Origin: Flaccisagitta enflata
Lineage: Eukaryota
Assembly: GCA_965153355.1 (NCBI GenBank)
Contig: OZ231126.1
Coordinates: 27,404,001-27,468,000, forward strand
DNA: 64,000 nt
Direction: 5' to 3'
Positions within the stretch are counted from its first letter, which is position 1; every line of letters starts with the position of its first letter. Made by a program: the position numbers and the translations under genes. This document shows, piece after piece, positions 42,101-55,134 of the stretch. A model generated the notes under the pieces. The model saw only the letters and a program-made list of their open reading frames with translations. It searched no databases and was not told where the DNA came from.

Positions 42101-42600
42101 TTTATCATGCTTTATCAATGATTGTTAGAATTTTGAAGAAAGTTAAATGTGCCAAAGCTATCAATCTTGCAATATGGAGGGTTATCAGATAGGTTACATC
42201 GGGTCAAAGATCAACACTCACCTCTTTTCACGTGGTATTGGGATAATGATGGAAATTAGGTGAAAAATAGTGAAAAAATGCTAATTTATGCTCGATACCG
42301 GGCCTAAAAATTGGTCCAAAGGGTCTGGATGCAAGAAAAAATTGAATCTGCAGTCACAGAAAACAAGTCTGAATTGTTTTCAAACCAATTGTTACCGCAC
42401 ACATCTGTTTTATGGCCTAAAAAAGAGCAAATAAGCGGAAAAATGCGAAAAATGCTCGATGCGGGGCCTGAGGTGGAATGCGCCGCCATAAGTTTTTCGC
42501 AATTTTTGACCTCACCAGCGTGTTCCCCACCTCCATATTGGTCTAATCCACCTTTTTTGGTACCAATTTTCCAAAAAAGGTGGGTTCGGGAAATAAATTA
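39135..42600. mobile_element. Mutator/MULE-like non-autonomous element, 3.5 kb
   Basis: TIR of about 170-185 bp starting TAATTTATTTC(T/C)CGAACCCACC; 10-bp TSD TTATTTA(A/T)GT with one mismatch. Confidence 0.8.
39585..40190 (-). pseudogene. Decayed reading frame of unknown origin inside the Mutator-like element, interrupted by a HINE
   Basis: AGFFSDCGFVPPGIVKVNTFSYAHGLNYIQKNNFTITESDAPIKSVILRHLASVKLILDARFGFYVENYNSFARKYRFFAKEI*GIAEIDEFVERFALEVNEFSLACST*RIIFSVDRILNVKDFL*; all three internal stops are TGA. Confidence 0.4.
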
Positions 42601-42877
42601 TTATTTATGTAGTAATATGTTACTATGACTTAGGCAGTTTACATAGGCAAAGGGTAGCAAAGTTATGTGATTTTTTTTTAATTTGGTATACAAGTAAAGG
42701 ATATTAATTGAACTGCCCCTGCAAAATTTGAATTAAATCCGAAGTCTGGTTTATAAGATATTAGCTTATTAATGTAGTAATATGTTACGAGGACTTAGAT
42801 TTATGTAGAGGATTGGAGTTCTTTTACTTGCTCATTTATTATATTCTGATTTTTCTTGCCATCATGGATTTCAAGAT

Positions 42878-44391
42878 TCATCTTCAACTACTGTCATCAT
42901 CTTCAACTACTGTCATCATCTTCAACTACTGTCATCATCTTCAACTACTGTCATCATCTTCAACTACTGTCATCATCTTCAACTACTGTCATCATCTTCT
43001 AACTACTGTCATCATCTTCTTCTGTCATCATCTTCAACTACTGTCATCATCTTCAGCTACTGTCATCATCTTCAACTACTGTCATCATCTTCCTACTGTC
43101 ATCATCTTCCTTCTGTCATCATCTTCAACTTCTGTCATCATCTTCAACTACTGTCATCATCTTCAACTACTGTCATCATCTTCAACTACTGTCATCATCT
43201 TCAACTACTGTCATCATCTTCAACTACTGTCATCATCTTCAACTACTGTCATCATCTTCAACTACTGTCATCATCTTCAACTACTGTCATCATCTTCATC
43301 TACTGTCATCATCTTCAACTACTGTCATCATCTTCAACTACTGTCATCATCTTCAACTACTGTCATCATCTTCAACTACTGTCATCATCTTCAATTTCTG
43401 TCATCATCTTCAACTACTGTCATCATCTTCAACTACTGTCATCATCTTCAACTACTGTCATCATCTTCAACTACTGTCATCATCTTCAACTACTGTCATC
43501 ATCTTCAACTACTGTCATCATCTTCAACTCTGTCATCATCTTCCACTACTCTCTCATCATCTTCAACTCTCTCATCATCTTCCTTCTCTCATCATCTTCA
43601 TCTCTCATCATCTTCTTCCTCATCATCTTCAACTCTCATCATCTTCAACTTCTCTCATCATCTTCAACTTCTCTCATCATCTTCAATCATCTTCAACTAC
43701 TGTCATCATCTTCAACTACTGTATCATCTTCAACTTCTGTCATCATCTTCAGCTACTGTCATCATCTTCAACTACTGTCATCATCTTCAACTACTGTCAT
43801 CATCTTCAGCTACTGTCATCATCTTCAACTACTGTCATCATCTTCAACTTCTGTCATCATCTTCAACTACTGTCATCATCTTCAACTCTGTCATCATCTT
43901 CAACTACTGTCATCATCTTCAACTACTGTCATCATCTTCAACTTCTGTCATCATCTTCAACTACTGTCATCATCTTCAACTACTGTCATCATCTTCAACT
44001 ACTGTCATCATCTTCAACTACTGTCATCATCTTCAACTACTGTCATCATCTTCAACTACTGTCATCATCTTCAACTACTGTCATCATCTTCAACTACTGT
44101 CATCATCTTCAACTACTGTCATCATCTTCAACCACTGTCATCATCTTCAACCACTGTCATCATCTTCAACCACTGTCATCATCTTCAACTACTGTCATCA
44201 TCTTCGACTACTGTCATCATCTTCAACTACTGTCATCATCTTCGACTACTGTCATCATCTTCGACTACTGTCATCATCTTCGACTACTGTCATCATCTTC
44301 GACTACTGTCATCATCTTCGACTACTGTCATCATCTTCGACTACTGTCATCATCTTCGACTACTGTCATCATCTTCGACTACTGTCATCAT
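42878..44391. repeat. 19-bp minisatellite TCATCATCTTCAACTACTG, about 80 units
   Basis: Periodicity read directly. Confidence 0.97.
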
Positions 44392-45735
44392 ATTCAAATT
44401 AAATTTTTTGAAATTTTTTTGCAAAATTTTTTTGAATTTTTTTTTTTTTTTTTTTTTTTTTTGAAAATTTTTTTTTTGAAAAAACTTATTTCTTAGATTT
44501 TAGTTGTCATTATCATTCATTGTTGTCATCATCATCATCCACTATTGTTATCATTGTCAAGTTTTGTCACCATTAAAACAATTTTTTTTCTTCTTGAAAT
44601 TGCTGTCTTGTAGTGTATCTTTTCGAGTTGCGTTTAAGCAACGAGAAAGCTTCAAAAATTACAGTCCCCAGTCAGGGACTGTAATTTTGAAGCTTTTTTT
44701 TTTGTGTCAAATGAGATTGAAGCCCCTGTATGTTGACTTATTGCAACATTAACAATATTTTTCTCTCACCTATGAAACGGAGGTGACTCTTCTTGTGCTG
44801 TCTTGAGCTTTAGCAAGGGAAGACTAATTCGGGAAATGGAGGTAAAGCCAGATTTAGGAGCCTCACCAAACCTAAATGCCTGGATAGCAGATAGGATAGG
44901 ACTACCTGTCCTACAATCTTCTCTCTTGCAAAGTGGGTGAGTCTGTATGAAACATCCAGAACACTCAATCAAATCAAGAACCATCCAAGGAAGAATTTGG
45001 GGATGAGACAAGAAAAGATTGGACAATGGGGAGCAACTAAAGACAAGATTCAAGAAGACCAGATTACAATGACTTTACCTAACACTGGAAACAAAAATCA
45101 GAGTGAAGAAAGACAGATTATCTAATAAGATGCGACGTTGTCGTTTGATTTAATGATAACTATTAAAAACCCCATTTCAGCTACACTCCTCAGTCAATCA
45201 ATTGTGAAAGCTATCTTGCCTACACAAGGAAAAAGCAACGGATCAATCTTAATGATAACAGGAGCAGCTTAATCACTCATATGACATAAGAGTGGCCGAA
45301 ATGGAAAGGAGCTAATGCTCATATACCAAACGTCAGATACTTATGAAAAAAATGTAATTAATTATCCCATCAATCTATATAAGATATCGCAAAAATGATT
45401 CTTCTAATAAAGCTACTATTGTCGACAAATCTATACAGCTAATAAGATTAATCCTGTAAATGTATAAAAGCTAATTGTAAGTTGAAATATACTGTCAATC
45501 TGTCACGAGAAAAGGTACTGATGATCTAAGAACAGGACGTGTGGAAATACACTAAACAGGGACTGTTTCTTTTTACATCCATTAAATACTAAGAGTTCTT
45601 AAAAAGCGGGATGCCTACATTACTCTATTACAGCGGCTCTCGCCGACCAGAAAAAAATCGTTAGATTGTTTTTGTTTTTTTATTTCCTTTTTTTTTTCAT
45701 TACATTTGTTTTTCTATCTCATTTTGTTTTATGCG

Positions 45736-45737
<2 letters not shown>

Positions 45738-45811
<74 letters not shown>

Positions 45812-45868
45812 TCACTGTCTTTTTGTCTCTCTGTCTCTCTTTGTTTCTATCTCTCTCTCTTTCTCTTT

Positions 45869-45965
<97 letters not shown>

Positions 45966-45992
45966 TTTTCTCTCTCTTCTTTTTCTCTCTCT
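45738..45992. repeat. (TG)n followed by (TC)n microsatellites
   Basis: Read directly. Confidence 0.95.
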
Positions 45993-47067
45993 TTTTAGTC
46001 TGTTTCTTTGGAGTACCAAGATGGATTACCAATAAGTTGTGATAAGTATTTTTGAAGTCGCGCGCTACATGAATTTATAACCCGCTTAGTCCATCTATCA
46101 ATTGGCTGGTCAGTTGGCTGGTCAGTTGGTCGGTCAGTAGGTCAGTCTCTATACTTAATGTTTATTAAACTCATTTTTGTTGTTATATAGGGCCTAAAAT
46201 TGAGATGGATGAAAAATATCAATCTTTGGGAAAAATGTGGATAATGTAAAAAAATAAAGATTAAAATTCATAATTAAAGTATTGGTCCAACAGTGCCCTG
46301 CTTTTTAGTTGCGGACACGCGACTCTACACTTTGCTGTGTTGGTCGGTCCGTTGGTCCGTAACATTTTTGAATTCCAAGCGGTTTTCGCATTACTGCTCC
46401 TGCCCAATTGTCTGCGACTGGATTGCCGTGTATCCGGCCTTGTTTCAAAAGGTGTAAGAAAGTGCTCTTTCACCTCATACCAATTTCAACCCAAGCTTCG
46501 GGCGAGCGTAATTGTGACACAACTTCTTTGAAACGCCTCAAGTGGAAATAGGAAAAATTAATTCCAAAGCGAAACTCAAAAAATCGAAAAACGTTTTTCG
46601 ATTTTTTTCCCAATGAGATGTCATGACTGACATGACTGTCTATTCTAAGGTTGGTCGGTCCTTCACGTAGTCTTATTGTGATCCTGTCGGCCTACACGAC
46701 GGCATGCTAGTTGCTTGGCCTTGTTCACCTTACCCTAACCTCTCCTACCCATGGCTGACTGGCGTGACATCCTTCTTCTAGCTGGCTTACATTATTTCTC
46801 CATGGCTGGCTGACTTCAGCTGCGCGGTTGCATCTTTTTCTGAGATTTTAAGTCGCTTGCTTAGCGATTCTTAAAGAGGCTGTGTCCCTTTGCGTAGGAA
46901 AGAATGTTGGTTGGTTGGTAACGCGAAATTTCAGACTGAAATAGTGATAGCTGCTAATTCATTACTGCCCCGTCCTGCCACAAACTGCCCCTGCCGCCTC
47001 CATTATTGCCCCAGCCTATCCGCAAGCGACCACATATTAGCCGTGTATCCGGCCTTGTTATAAATTA

Positions 47068-47513
<446 letters not shown>

Positions 47514-48250
47514 CGCGTGTCGCTTTAATTGGAATCCCAAAACATTTTGCTCTCTTATTTTCCTGGCCAATCCAAGAATTCCATTCTACCACGATTCAGA
47601 CTTATTCCTCCCATAAGTTGATTATCTGAAGTTTTTTTTTCATGGTTACTAGGCGGAACGGAAAGAAATTTCATGTCGCCTCAGGTAGAAAAAGGCAGGC
47701 TCTTTTATTCTAGTTAGCCTTCAGTAATTTGAAGAGAGGGGGGAAAAACTCTGATCTAATTCAAGTGTCAAGAGTCGTGTTTATGGAGCCTTCTAGAGAA
47801 AAAAAAACACATCCTGACAGATGAATGTGCCGCCCGCATTTGTGGTAACTCTTTGACATGAAGGGACGCCAAAAAACATTCTCGTGTCGCATGGAATCAT
47901 TACTGGTCATCATGGCCTGAGGATCTGGAGTTGGCCAGTCATGGAAATCGATATTAAACAATGACAATATTTTCGCTCTTTTTCGCAACTTTTCCTTTTC
48001 ATTGGTCTTCTGACGAACTGGCCGGGATGGAAGCCACAAAATAGAATTATGGTTCGTCCCTCGCCCTTCCTGGGCTTGCCGTCGCTAATCAAAGTCTACA
48101 TGCAACGCACAAATGTCCATTGAGTCCTATGTCATTTCCAATTTTCTAAGAGGAATTTCATCGTCCTTTCGATTGCCGTCGGCATCGAGGAATTATTGGG
48201 GAAAATTTCTTGACCATCATCCTAGTCGAGGAAGCATGAAATAGGGCTTG

Positions 48251-48252
<2 letters not shown>

Positions 48253-48344
<92 letters not shown>
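48253..48344. repeat. (TC)n directly upstream of the ATG at 48349
   Basis: Read directly. Confidence 0.95.
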
Positions 48345-48347
<3 letters not shown>

Positions 48348-48348
48348 C

Positions 48349-50446
48349 ATGTCTGTGATAACTCCCACATCAACGACCGCTTTCGTCGAAGACAGTCACT
48401 TGATAGAACTTTATGGAATATCCGAACTTGCCAACGCCGTCTCAACCACTCATCACATTCAAAATACTCTCAACCTCAAATATCGTTCGTCACGGCCACC
48501 TCCACTGGCGCGCGGCGGCGGCGGCGGCGGCGCCACCACGTCGACGTATCGACGAAACGCGTCGAAAAAGTTGCAGCCAACTGTCGAGAATGATTCTTCC
48601 GCGTCCTCCGTCGCCATATCTGCTTCTTCCGCAGTGGCTTCATCTCAAAACAACGCCGTGGAAGGCGAGGAAGAAGAAGGGGAAACGGAGAATGGCAAAG
48701 CGGAAGAAAGAGAAGAGGCGGAGCAACGTGAAAAGCTGCGCGTCTTACGTCACGACGTGGCGGCGCTAACGGAAGCTCTTCATCGGCGCGTCGACGATCG
48801 CCGTCTCACTGACTCGCTGTTACGCGTCTGTCATCCCGACGACGATGAAATCGAGGAAGAGTGTCTCGATCACATGGTCGTTTGTTACGATTGGTTGGAG
48901 GCGATGCGTGGTTGGCGCAGAGTCTCGCCCTTCGCGCGCTACGCCTACGTCAGTCCCTCTGTCGGCGGAGGAAAGAAGAAAAAGAAACATTTATCTTCCT
49001 CGACCCAACAACCGCCACCACCACAACCTATTGTCAATAAAGCCGACTGCGATATTGTGATGCCATACGTGTTGCCGTTAGAGAGCGATACTAGTTTTCC
49101 ACCGAAACCAAAACTCAGAAGCGCCCGACGAACGTTGTTGGGCGTCGGAAGAGGAGACCATGGCGAGGACGACACTGATGGCGATTCACCCGATTCTAAC
49201 GGCGAGGACGGCAAACTGCCGCAACAACCCTTTCCCAGTCCCCGCGAATCAGTCGGGGTGCCGCATTACATGCGAGACACGTATCTTTCGCGATATCACC
49301 GACTGCAGAGGGAAAGAGAACGCGAGAGAGAAAAAGAGTACAAAGAAAGAGAAGAGAAACTGCGGATGCATTATTTAAAAGACGACGACGGGAAATGGCG
49401 AGGCGGGACGGAGAAAAAGACGAATAAAGATGGTAAAGACGATCATTCTCAATCTTCGCAATCGCAGCAACAGCAGTCGCAGCAGCAAAGGAAACCCGAC
49501 GCCATCGATGGCAAGGATGATGCCGCCGCAGCCAGAAGACCACCAGCTCCAGAGACGAAACGACCGCGTCAAGGACTTCCGGTTGTCGAAGGCAAAGCGA
49601 AATTAGCCGTGCAAACTTATCCTCTGGAGGGCCAACGAGGGAAAGACGAGGCGAAAGAAACGAAAGAGGAGGAAGATCCACTAGGTAATAAAAAGAACAA
49701 CAACAACAACAACGACGACGACAAGAAAAGAGAAAAAAGAACAACGGGCAAATCTATCGTAAAAGTTCTTCCGGGTACGATTTACTCTTCGTCCTCGCCG
49801 GCGGGTATCATGGACGTCCCGAAGACGTCTCCGAAGCCGCTGAAAGGGAGAAACGTGGAAATCGGCATCGCGCAGCCCAAGGACGAGGTCTCGACGCCTT
49901 CGTTTCCGGGCGGCATCTCCAAGTTCGTCGCCAACAACTCTAAGATTCAAGTGCGGAAAGAACGATTCTCGAAAGGCGGTTCCTTCACGACGACGGCGTC
50001 GGAAGCGGATAAGTCGAATGATGAAATGACGTCGATGGCGAGGAAATTCCTCCAGCAAGACGATCAGCTGCTTTGGAAAGTCCCCGACGGAGATTTCGGT
50101 CCGTCGGTGGTTAAACCCGCGATTAAACATTTCATCGATAAACCGGATTCAATCATCGACGGAGAAGGGGGGAGAGTGGGAGGTGGAGGAAGAAGTGGAG
50201 ACAAATCCTCGGGGACTAACAACGGCAAGAGAGTCGCGCGATACCCGCCCACCGCGTTGTCCAAATCGCTACTGATGGGGCCGTCGTCTTTGGTCCTGGA
50301 AAATCTTATCCCAGTTTTGGATCGCGAAATTGAGAAAGACTTGGAACTGCGGAAGAATGGCGGCGGTCCGCTGAAGAAAAGAGTATCATTCGGACCAAAT
50401 TGTAAAGACTCTAATCAACTAAAATTCGCTTCTTCTATCTCACAAG
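48349..50446 (+). CDS. Uncharacterised low-complexity protein, coding exon 1 (an upstream exon cannot be excluded)
   Basis: About 700 non-repetitive open codons, GC/CpG-rich; CAAG|GTATGA phase-1 donor. Confidence 0.8.
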
Positions 50447-50607
50447 GTATGACACGAATGCAGGAGGTCATAGCTGGCTGGCTGGATCTAATCTTGTTCT
50501 AAAGCTTTGTTAGTTAAGATGAAATTTTTTATTGAGATTGATAGGATTCAAAAATGCTTGTCATAATCTAGTGAAATATTAATGAAAGTTGGTAATGTGT
50601 TCCACAG

Positions 50608-51485
50608 ATTCGCCCCACGCAACCGGATGTGATTACAACGAGAAATGGTCCGCGCGGGAGTCGATGGATTCAAACGACAGCGGGATTGAAAGTTGCGTCA
50701 CCTGCTTAGGCACGGGAGAAGAAAACAACGCCTTGAAGCCGTTGGAGAAAGTAACGCCGTCGCAGAGACATCGCAAGGACAATAATATGGCGACTTTCAG
50801 GAATAACGAGTTTCATCATCGAACGACGCCACCGGGAAAGATCACCTCCTCCCATTCCGCCTCCTCAATCTTGAATACCGCCGCGAAATCGTCATCGTCC
50901 CAGGATCTACACGTCCACCCCCAGAAGATTTCTTTGTTTTCCCAACTGCCCATCGCGACCGTGTACAATTTCGACGCGGCGGGTTCTTCCCATGAGACTG
51001 AAGCCGTGATTTCGCTCGCCGGAACCGGATGCGCGCAAGTGAAACGCGATGACGTGGTCCCGTCCTTTGGTCGTCGAGGGACAAATGGAGCAGCTCAGAA
51101 CCAATTCAGCAGTGTGACTTGCAAAGAGGACATGGCTTCCTCTAATGCCGAGGAGTTACATCCCAAGGATTCTTCAAAGAGAAGAAAATCTATCGCTTTT
51201 CCATTACAGACGCTGACGGCGCATTCCGGTCAGCAGCATCACCTACACGCGGCTTCCGCGCCGGCGCTAAAAACTGGCAAAAAATCGATTCTACCCGCCA
51301 TGGGACAATTACGGAAAGAGCTTGCAGGACAAAAGTCGAATGTTGGTAAAAGTGATTCGCGTCGGACGTCTCATCTACCTTTGACCGAAGGAATTTCGGG
51401 GATTAGCTTTAAAGAGAGTGCGGATAAATCTCATTCTGCCGAGTTTCTACCTACGATTTCTGGCAAACATTTACACGCTTTATAA
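50608..51485 (+). CDS. Uncharacterised protein, coding exon 2 (joined product about 991 aa)
   Basis: CACAG phase-1 acceptor in frame with the 298-aa ORF; TAA ending at 51485. Confidence 0.8.
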
Positions 51486-51508
51486 TCATCTGCTTTCATT
51501 TACTCTTA

Positions 51509-51625
51509 TTAGGTGCGACAAAGCACCTCTATAACTGGCCGTGTCCGTTGGTCTGACTGTCTGTCGGGAAACGCATTTGTTCGACGATCCACACGTCGCA
51601 CCTTATTGGCCTACTTGGCCTTGTT
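51509..51625 (+). mobile_element. HINE-like element, family B, between the convergent genes
   Basis: Inverted near-copy of 890-1010. Confidence 0.75.
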
Positions 51626-51823
51626 CTCTCGCTCTCGCTTTTGCCTCCATAGACTTTAGAAAGAGATATCGCGGAAATTGGATCTTACTAGGTTTTACTA
51701 GATTTGTTGTTTTGTCCAGTAATTAGTTTGAAAGTGATATCCCCTGGACATCAGTTCGTGTCAGTATCTAGTTGCATAATTTGATGAAAACCACGCTTCT
51801 TTTGATACCTGCTAAAGATTTGT

Positions 51824-51829
51824 TTTATT
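51824..51829 (-). terminator. Candidate AATAAA polyadenylation signal of SS18
   Basis: TTTATT on + strand about 100 nt past the SS18 stop. Confidence 0.5.
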
Positions 51830-51930
51830 CCTAAAGTAACTAAGTCTTGACTTTCTCATATTTAAATGATAAAGGCGAGTATGTCAACATCGAGATACAG
51901 GTACAAATAACAATGAAAAATGTACAAGTT

Positions 51931-52049
51931 TTAGTTAGATGAATATTGGTTGGCATGATTGTAGTTGGAGTATCCACCAGAGCTGGAGGTGGGTGTAGGG
52001 CCGTTGTGGCTGGAAACTGGAGCGGTTGCGTGAGGACTTCCAGTTGGGC
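51931..52049 (-). CDS. SS18: SS18 homologue last coding exon (total 521 aa)
   Basis: TTTTAG acceptor phase 1; ...SGGYSNYNHANQYSSN stop; the nine exons sum to 1566 nt. Confidence 0.87.
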
Positions 52050-52142
52050 CTAAAAAACAAAGAATGAGTGTTTTCTTTCAATTGCGTGCACGCCACTCTG
52101 TATCCTGCTATGTCGGATGGTCCGTCACTGTTAGCTTTTTTG

Positions 52143-52462
52143 CAGGCCTGTATATTGTTCCGTATTCCCCCCCCCGGTGGGGGGGGAAAATAATCAAAGG
52201 GTTTGAAGAAAGGGAAGGAAAAGGAGGAAAAAAGAGAAAAAAAAAGAAAACTTAAGGAAAATATAACTTTTGGCAATAAAAAATCATAAAACATGATAAG
52301 GTAAACATAATTTAACACTATTTAAACCTTTAACACCCAGTTTTAGTGGTTTATGGGGAAGAAAAAATTGATTTTGTAACGCGACGCGATGCGTTGCGGG
52401 GAAGAAAATCAAAGGCAGGGGGGGGAAAATAATCAAAGGTTATGAAATAATATACACCCCTG
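52143..52462. mobile_element. hAT-like MITE nested in a HINE in the last SS18 intron
   Basis: TIR CAGG(CC/GG)TGTATATT; 8-bp TSD CTTTTTTG at 52135-52142 and 52463-52470. Confidence 0.85.
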
Positions 52463-52761
52463 CTTTTTTGGCGTCTACAAGACTTTTTTGCATGACTGCT
52501 CATGCCCAAGTGTTTGGTTAGCCTTTTTATCACTGCCCCTGCCCACCCGCACGCGACTTCGGTAGCTGTGTATCCGGCCTTGTTTCAGAACGTCGCGGGT
52601 GCACGTGTGCGGGTATGTGTATTTCTGGCTTAAATTCCTTCATACTGGGGCTATGTGTGACTGCGGCCGTCGGTTGGTTGGTAGTTCGTAGTTCGTCTTT
52701 GGCCCTCCACTCTCGCGAATGATTGGACTTGCTCTTGTTAAGCTAAGCGTTTTATACTCAC

Positions 52762-52986
52762 CATTGTTGGAAGCGTTTGGACCGGGTGGCCCTGTTGGTC
52801 CATTAAGATGATTTGCTCCTCTCGGTGGTGGTGGATATGGTTGGTAACCATAGCCAGGTGGATACGAACCAGGTCCTTGATTTGGGCCAGATGGTTGTCC
52901 AGGAGGGGGGCCATATCCAGGACCCATTGGGGGACCATATCCATACTGACCAGGTCCGTATGGCTGACCATATCCATATGGTTGAG
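52762..52986 (-). CDS. SS18: SS18 homologue exon 8, QPGY-rich
   Basis: QPYGYGQPYGPGQYGYGPPMGPGYGPPPG...; TGCAG acceptor, G|GTGAGT donor, phase 1/1. Confidence 0.9.
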
Positions 52987-53114
52987 CTGCAGAAAATGAG
53001 CAAATGCCATGTGGTGACTAATCATTGAAATCCTCGATCGCATTTCAAATGAAAAATCCTTACCAACTCTTAGGTAGTCTATAGCTAGTCTCATTTTATT
53101 GGGTCTACACATAC

Positions 53115-53201
53115 CATTAGGATGTGGGGGATATCCACTTGGATGACTGCCGTGGCTTGGCCCATTGACCACAGAACCAGAGTTACCATATGTAGGAGGA
53201 C
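53115..53201 (-). CDS. SS18: SS18 homologue exon 7
   Basis: PPTYGNSGSVVNGPSHGSHPSGYPPHPN; TTACAG acceptor, G|GTATGT donor, phase 1/1. Confidence 0.87.
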
Positions 53202-53243
53202 CTGTAAAAGTATTGATAGTTGCTAAGTAACGACATTGATTTA

Positions 53244-53626
53244 CAGACGAGACCCTAACAAGAGCGGAGGAGGGACCCATAGTTTAAGCATCACCCCCTA
53301 CAGCTTATACAGTTCAAACAAATTTCTCGCTTGCTGTACACCGTAGCCCTTAGGTGGATACATGGCGCCACTGTGGTGAGTTTCAAATTTCCACCTAGAA
53401 CACCCTCAAATTGTAAAAATTTTTTAAAAAATTGCTCATTTTTTTGGGGAAGCCTTGGAGGGTGATTTTTTCAAAATTTAAGGGTGTTCTTGGTGGAAAT
53501 TCAAAAATCGCCATGGTGGCGCCAATTGTATCCACCTAAGGCGTAAACCGCCATAGCAAGTGAAGTTGTAGGGGGTGATGCTAAAACTTAAGGGTCCTTC
53601 CTCAGCTCTTATTAGGGTCCCGTCTG
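53244..53626. mobile_element. Palindromic Tc1/mariner-type MITE in SS18 intron 6
   Basis: CAGACG(A/G)GACCCTAA.AAGAGC TIR extending almost to the centre; TA flanks. Confidence 0.85.
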
Positions 53627-53679
53627 TAGAAGTTGGATATTATTATATACTCAGCTAATTCTTTCCATGTTCAACTCAC

Positions 53680-53851
53680 CATCTTGACTTGGCTGTGAAG
53701 TAGGGGGTCCAGCTGCTGAACCTGATGAGGCCCCTGGTGAAGGTCCTGAAGGGGGACCAGAAGATGGTCCAGTCGTAGAACCTGTTGAAGGTCCTGGAGT
53801 GGGTCCAGTAGAGTTGTTTTGCTCTGGGTTCTCGGGTGATTTGGTTCCAGA
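53680..53851 (-). CDS. SS18: SS18 homologue exon 6
   Basis: SGTKSPENPEQNNSTGPTPGP...QPSQD; TTTCAG acceptor, G|GTGAGT donor, phase 0/1. Confidence 0.87.
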
Positions 53852-53962
53852 CTGAAAAATAAGAGTTAATACTTAGTCAAATCTTGATGTTATTCTGCAC
53901 CACTCCACTACACAGTTTACCTGGTTAAAGAAAAACTGCTGATTATTTATGCGTTTACTTAC

Positions 53963-54183
53963 CAATGGACTTTCCTTCTCTTCTTTTTTCTCGGTTGACT
54001 GTGGTCTTTGATCAGGATTTCCAGGTGATGTCATACCACTCGATGGGCGTGATGGATGTTGTGCACTTTGATTATCATTGGAGTTTTCTGAATTATTTGT
54101 GGTGGTATGAGTTGTATTGCTTTCTCTCGGTGGGGCAGGGGCGTGAGGATGGCCTGGTGGTGGCCCATATCCACCATAAGGTC
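53963..54183 (-). CDS. SS18: SS18 homologue exon 5
   Basis: PYGGYGPPPGHP...EKKEEKESPL; TCCAG acceptor, TTG|GTAAGT donor, phase 1/0. Confidence 0.87.
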
Positions 54184-54265
54184 CTGGATTTCAAATGCAA
54201 GAGGATTTAATTGAGTGATACACTTGATTCGTTCAGTACAGCTTGTCTTGCAATCAAACCATTAC

Positions 54266-54379
54266 CTGGTCCATAAGGTGCATGATGCCACGGTCCTCGA
54301 GAATGAGGGGGGTAATTTCCATGCTGCATGCCTGGTGGGTATGGATGTCCCGAGTGGTTTTGAACATGTCCACCTGGAC
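54266..54379 (-). CDS. SS18: SS18 homologue exon 4
   Basis: PGGHVQNHSGHPYPPGMQHGNYPPHSRGPWHHAPYGP; CACAG acceptor, G|GTAATG donor, phase 1/1. Confidence 0.87.
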
Positions 54380-54647
54380 CTGTGAAAAATGAAACATCGG
54401 CTCAAGTATTCAACATCGTTTCTCCCTTTGGTTGTGTGCACGCGACTAGATGTTTGTCCGTCTGTCCAAGTTTCAGTCGATCAGTTGGTCCATCTGAAAA
54501 ATTGAATTAAAGCGTTTAGTAATTTTTACGATCAATTATGTACTGTTATTATGTAATTATGTAAGTGGTTGTTTTTATGTAAGTAGAGGTAATGCAAAGC
54601 TCGCGACTGTTGGATGAAATACCAGGATGATCAATTACATGCATTTA

Positions 54648-55047
54648 CAGAGAAAAGGTTAATATAAGGTGTGAACCCCCTGAAAACTGCAGCACCCCCT
54701 CTACAGCTCTAGCGGATCAAATTAAAGACACTTTAAAGGTAGAGGTAGAATGTTTATATCAATGCAAGTGATGTCATCAAAGCGATTTTTTTATTTTGTT
54801 TTTAAGTTAAGATATAGCTAAATAAAGCACTAAAATTAATTTTTATTAAAAGTTCATAAAATGAAGGATTTTATGTTATAATTTGAGATTGGAATGGAAA
54901 TTGCAAAATCGCTCTTGTGGCGCCACTTGTACAGTAATTAACTCAAAGTAGCAACATCCAATTCATTATTTATCACTGTAATTTGATCTGTAAGGAGGGG
55001 TGCTACAGTTTTAGGGGGGTTCACATCTTATATTTCTCCTTCCTCTG
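54648..55047. mobile_element. Internally deleted relative of MITE 11834-12881 in SS18 intron 3
   Basis: Shared TIRs and subterminal sequence; TA flanks. Confidence 0.85.
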
Positions 55048-55134
55048 TAAGTTGCCCAGCCAGACGGTTTTGTGAAAATTCCAAAAAATAGACTTGCTGA
55101 CAGGGATTATTTTTTTTTCTGCACGAAAGGTTAC

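Larger units (their letters stand above)
38652..44700 (+). mobile_element. Long HINE-like element, family D, with nested Mutator-like element and 19-bp array
   Basis: Same 5' palindrome at 38657 and 3' hairpin at 44646-44696. Confidence 0.75.

Noticed and set aside
42813-44402. 529-aa ORF
   Set aside because: Translation of the 19-bp minisatellite
48945-51104. Minus-strand ORFs within the orphan gene
   Set aside because: Shadow frames of GC-rich coding sequence
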